DNA of 63,524 bases, the filler included, from Craspedostauros australis (taxonomy: Eukaryota): NCBI GenBank assembly GCA_030167865.1. It is 11 parts of 11 records of this genome, joined end to end, with 100 filler letters (N's around TTAATTAATTAA, not from the genome) between each part and the next. Parts side by side here need not be neighbours in the genome. Positions count along the whole stretch, not along the records: positions 61,727 to 63,524 come from JALAGF010005930.1; 10 more parts are not named here. The stretch is one strand, 5' to 3'. The first letter of the stretch is position 1. The number at the start of each line of letters is the position of its first letter. The notes below the pieces were generated by a model. That model was not told the origin of the DNA, did not search any database, and saw only the letters and a list, made by a program, of their open reading frames with translations. Made by a program: the position numbers and the translations under genes. Below, in pieces: positions 63,470-63,524 of the stretch.

Positions 63470-63524
63470 CGTGGATGTCTTTGGATGTTGCGATATCGTC
63501 TTGTTTGATGCTGTTGATGTCTGT

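Overview
Eukaryotic sequence, very likely from a diatom. The evidence is GT-AG introns, a bipartite plastid presequence with an ASAFAP-like junction, and diatom-type (CoDi) Ty1/copia elements. The window is not one locus: it is about 11 small gappy scaffolds joined by an artificial N-TTAATTAATTAA-N linker (10 copies), so adjacency across linkers has no meaning. Apparently intact or partial host genes: a two-exon CYP7/CYP8-like cytochrome P450, a 5'-truncated STAND/AAA_16-type ATPase of more than 1370 aa, a plastid/thylakoid-lumen-targeted protein fragment, a GxSxG hydrolase, an 847-aa secreted Cys/Gly-repeat protein with PT-rich linkers, and a small membrane/secreted protein with 41-aa coiled-coil repeats. 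Disrupted host genes: UTP4/cirhin (3 stops plus a frameshift), an MGDG synthase, and a long Ser/Arg/Lys-rich gene; the last two carry frameshifting short tandem duplications. Mobile and repetitive DNA: five copia gag/pol fragments, two dispersed LTR-like families, a decayed DDE_Tnp_4 (PIF/Harbinger-ISL2EU-like) transposon with a convergent Cys-rich second ORF, and 20-bp, 40-bp and 244-bp tandem arrays. Best candidates for novelty: an extra domain shared by two divergent copia polyproteins between Gag and protease, the short-tandem-duplication signature (including an 11-bp frame-switching VNTR), the Asn-type P450, and the secreted Cys-repeat protein. No CRISPR array, rRNA or tRNA was recognised. 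All family assignments come from motif recognition by eye; no searches were run.
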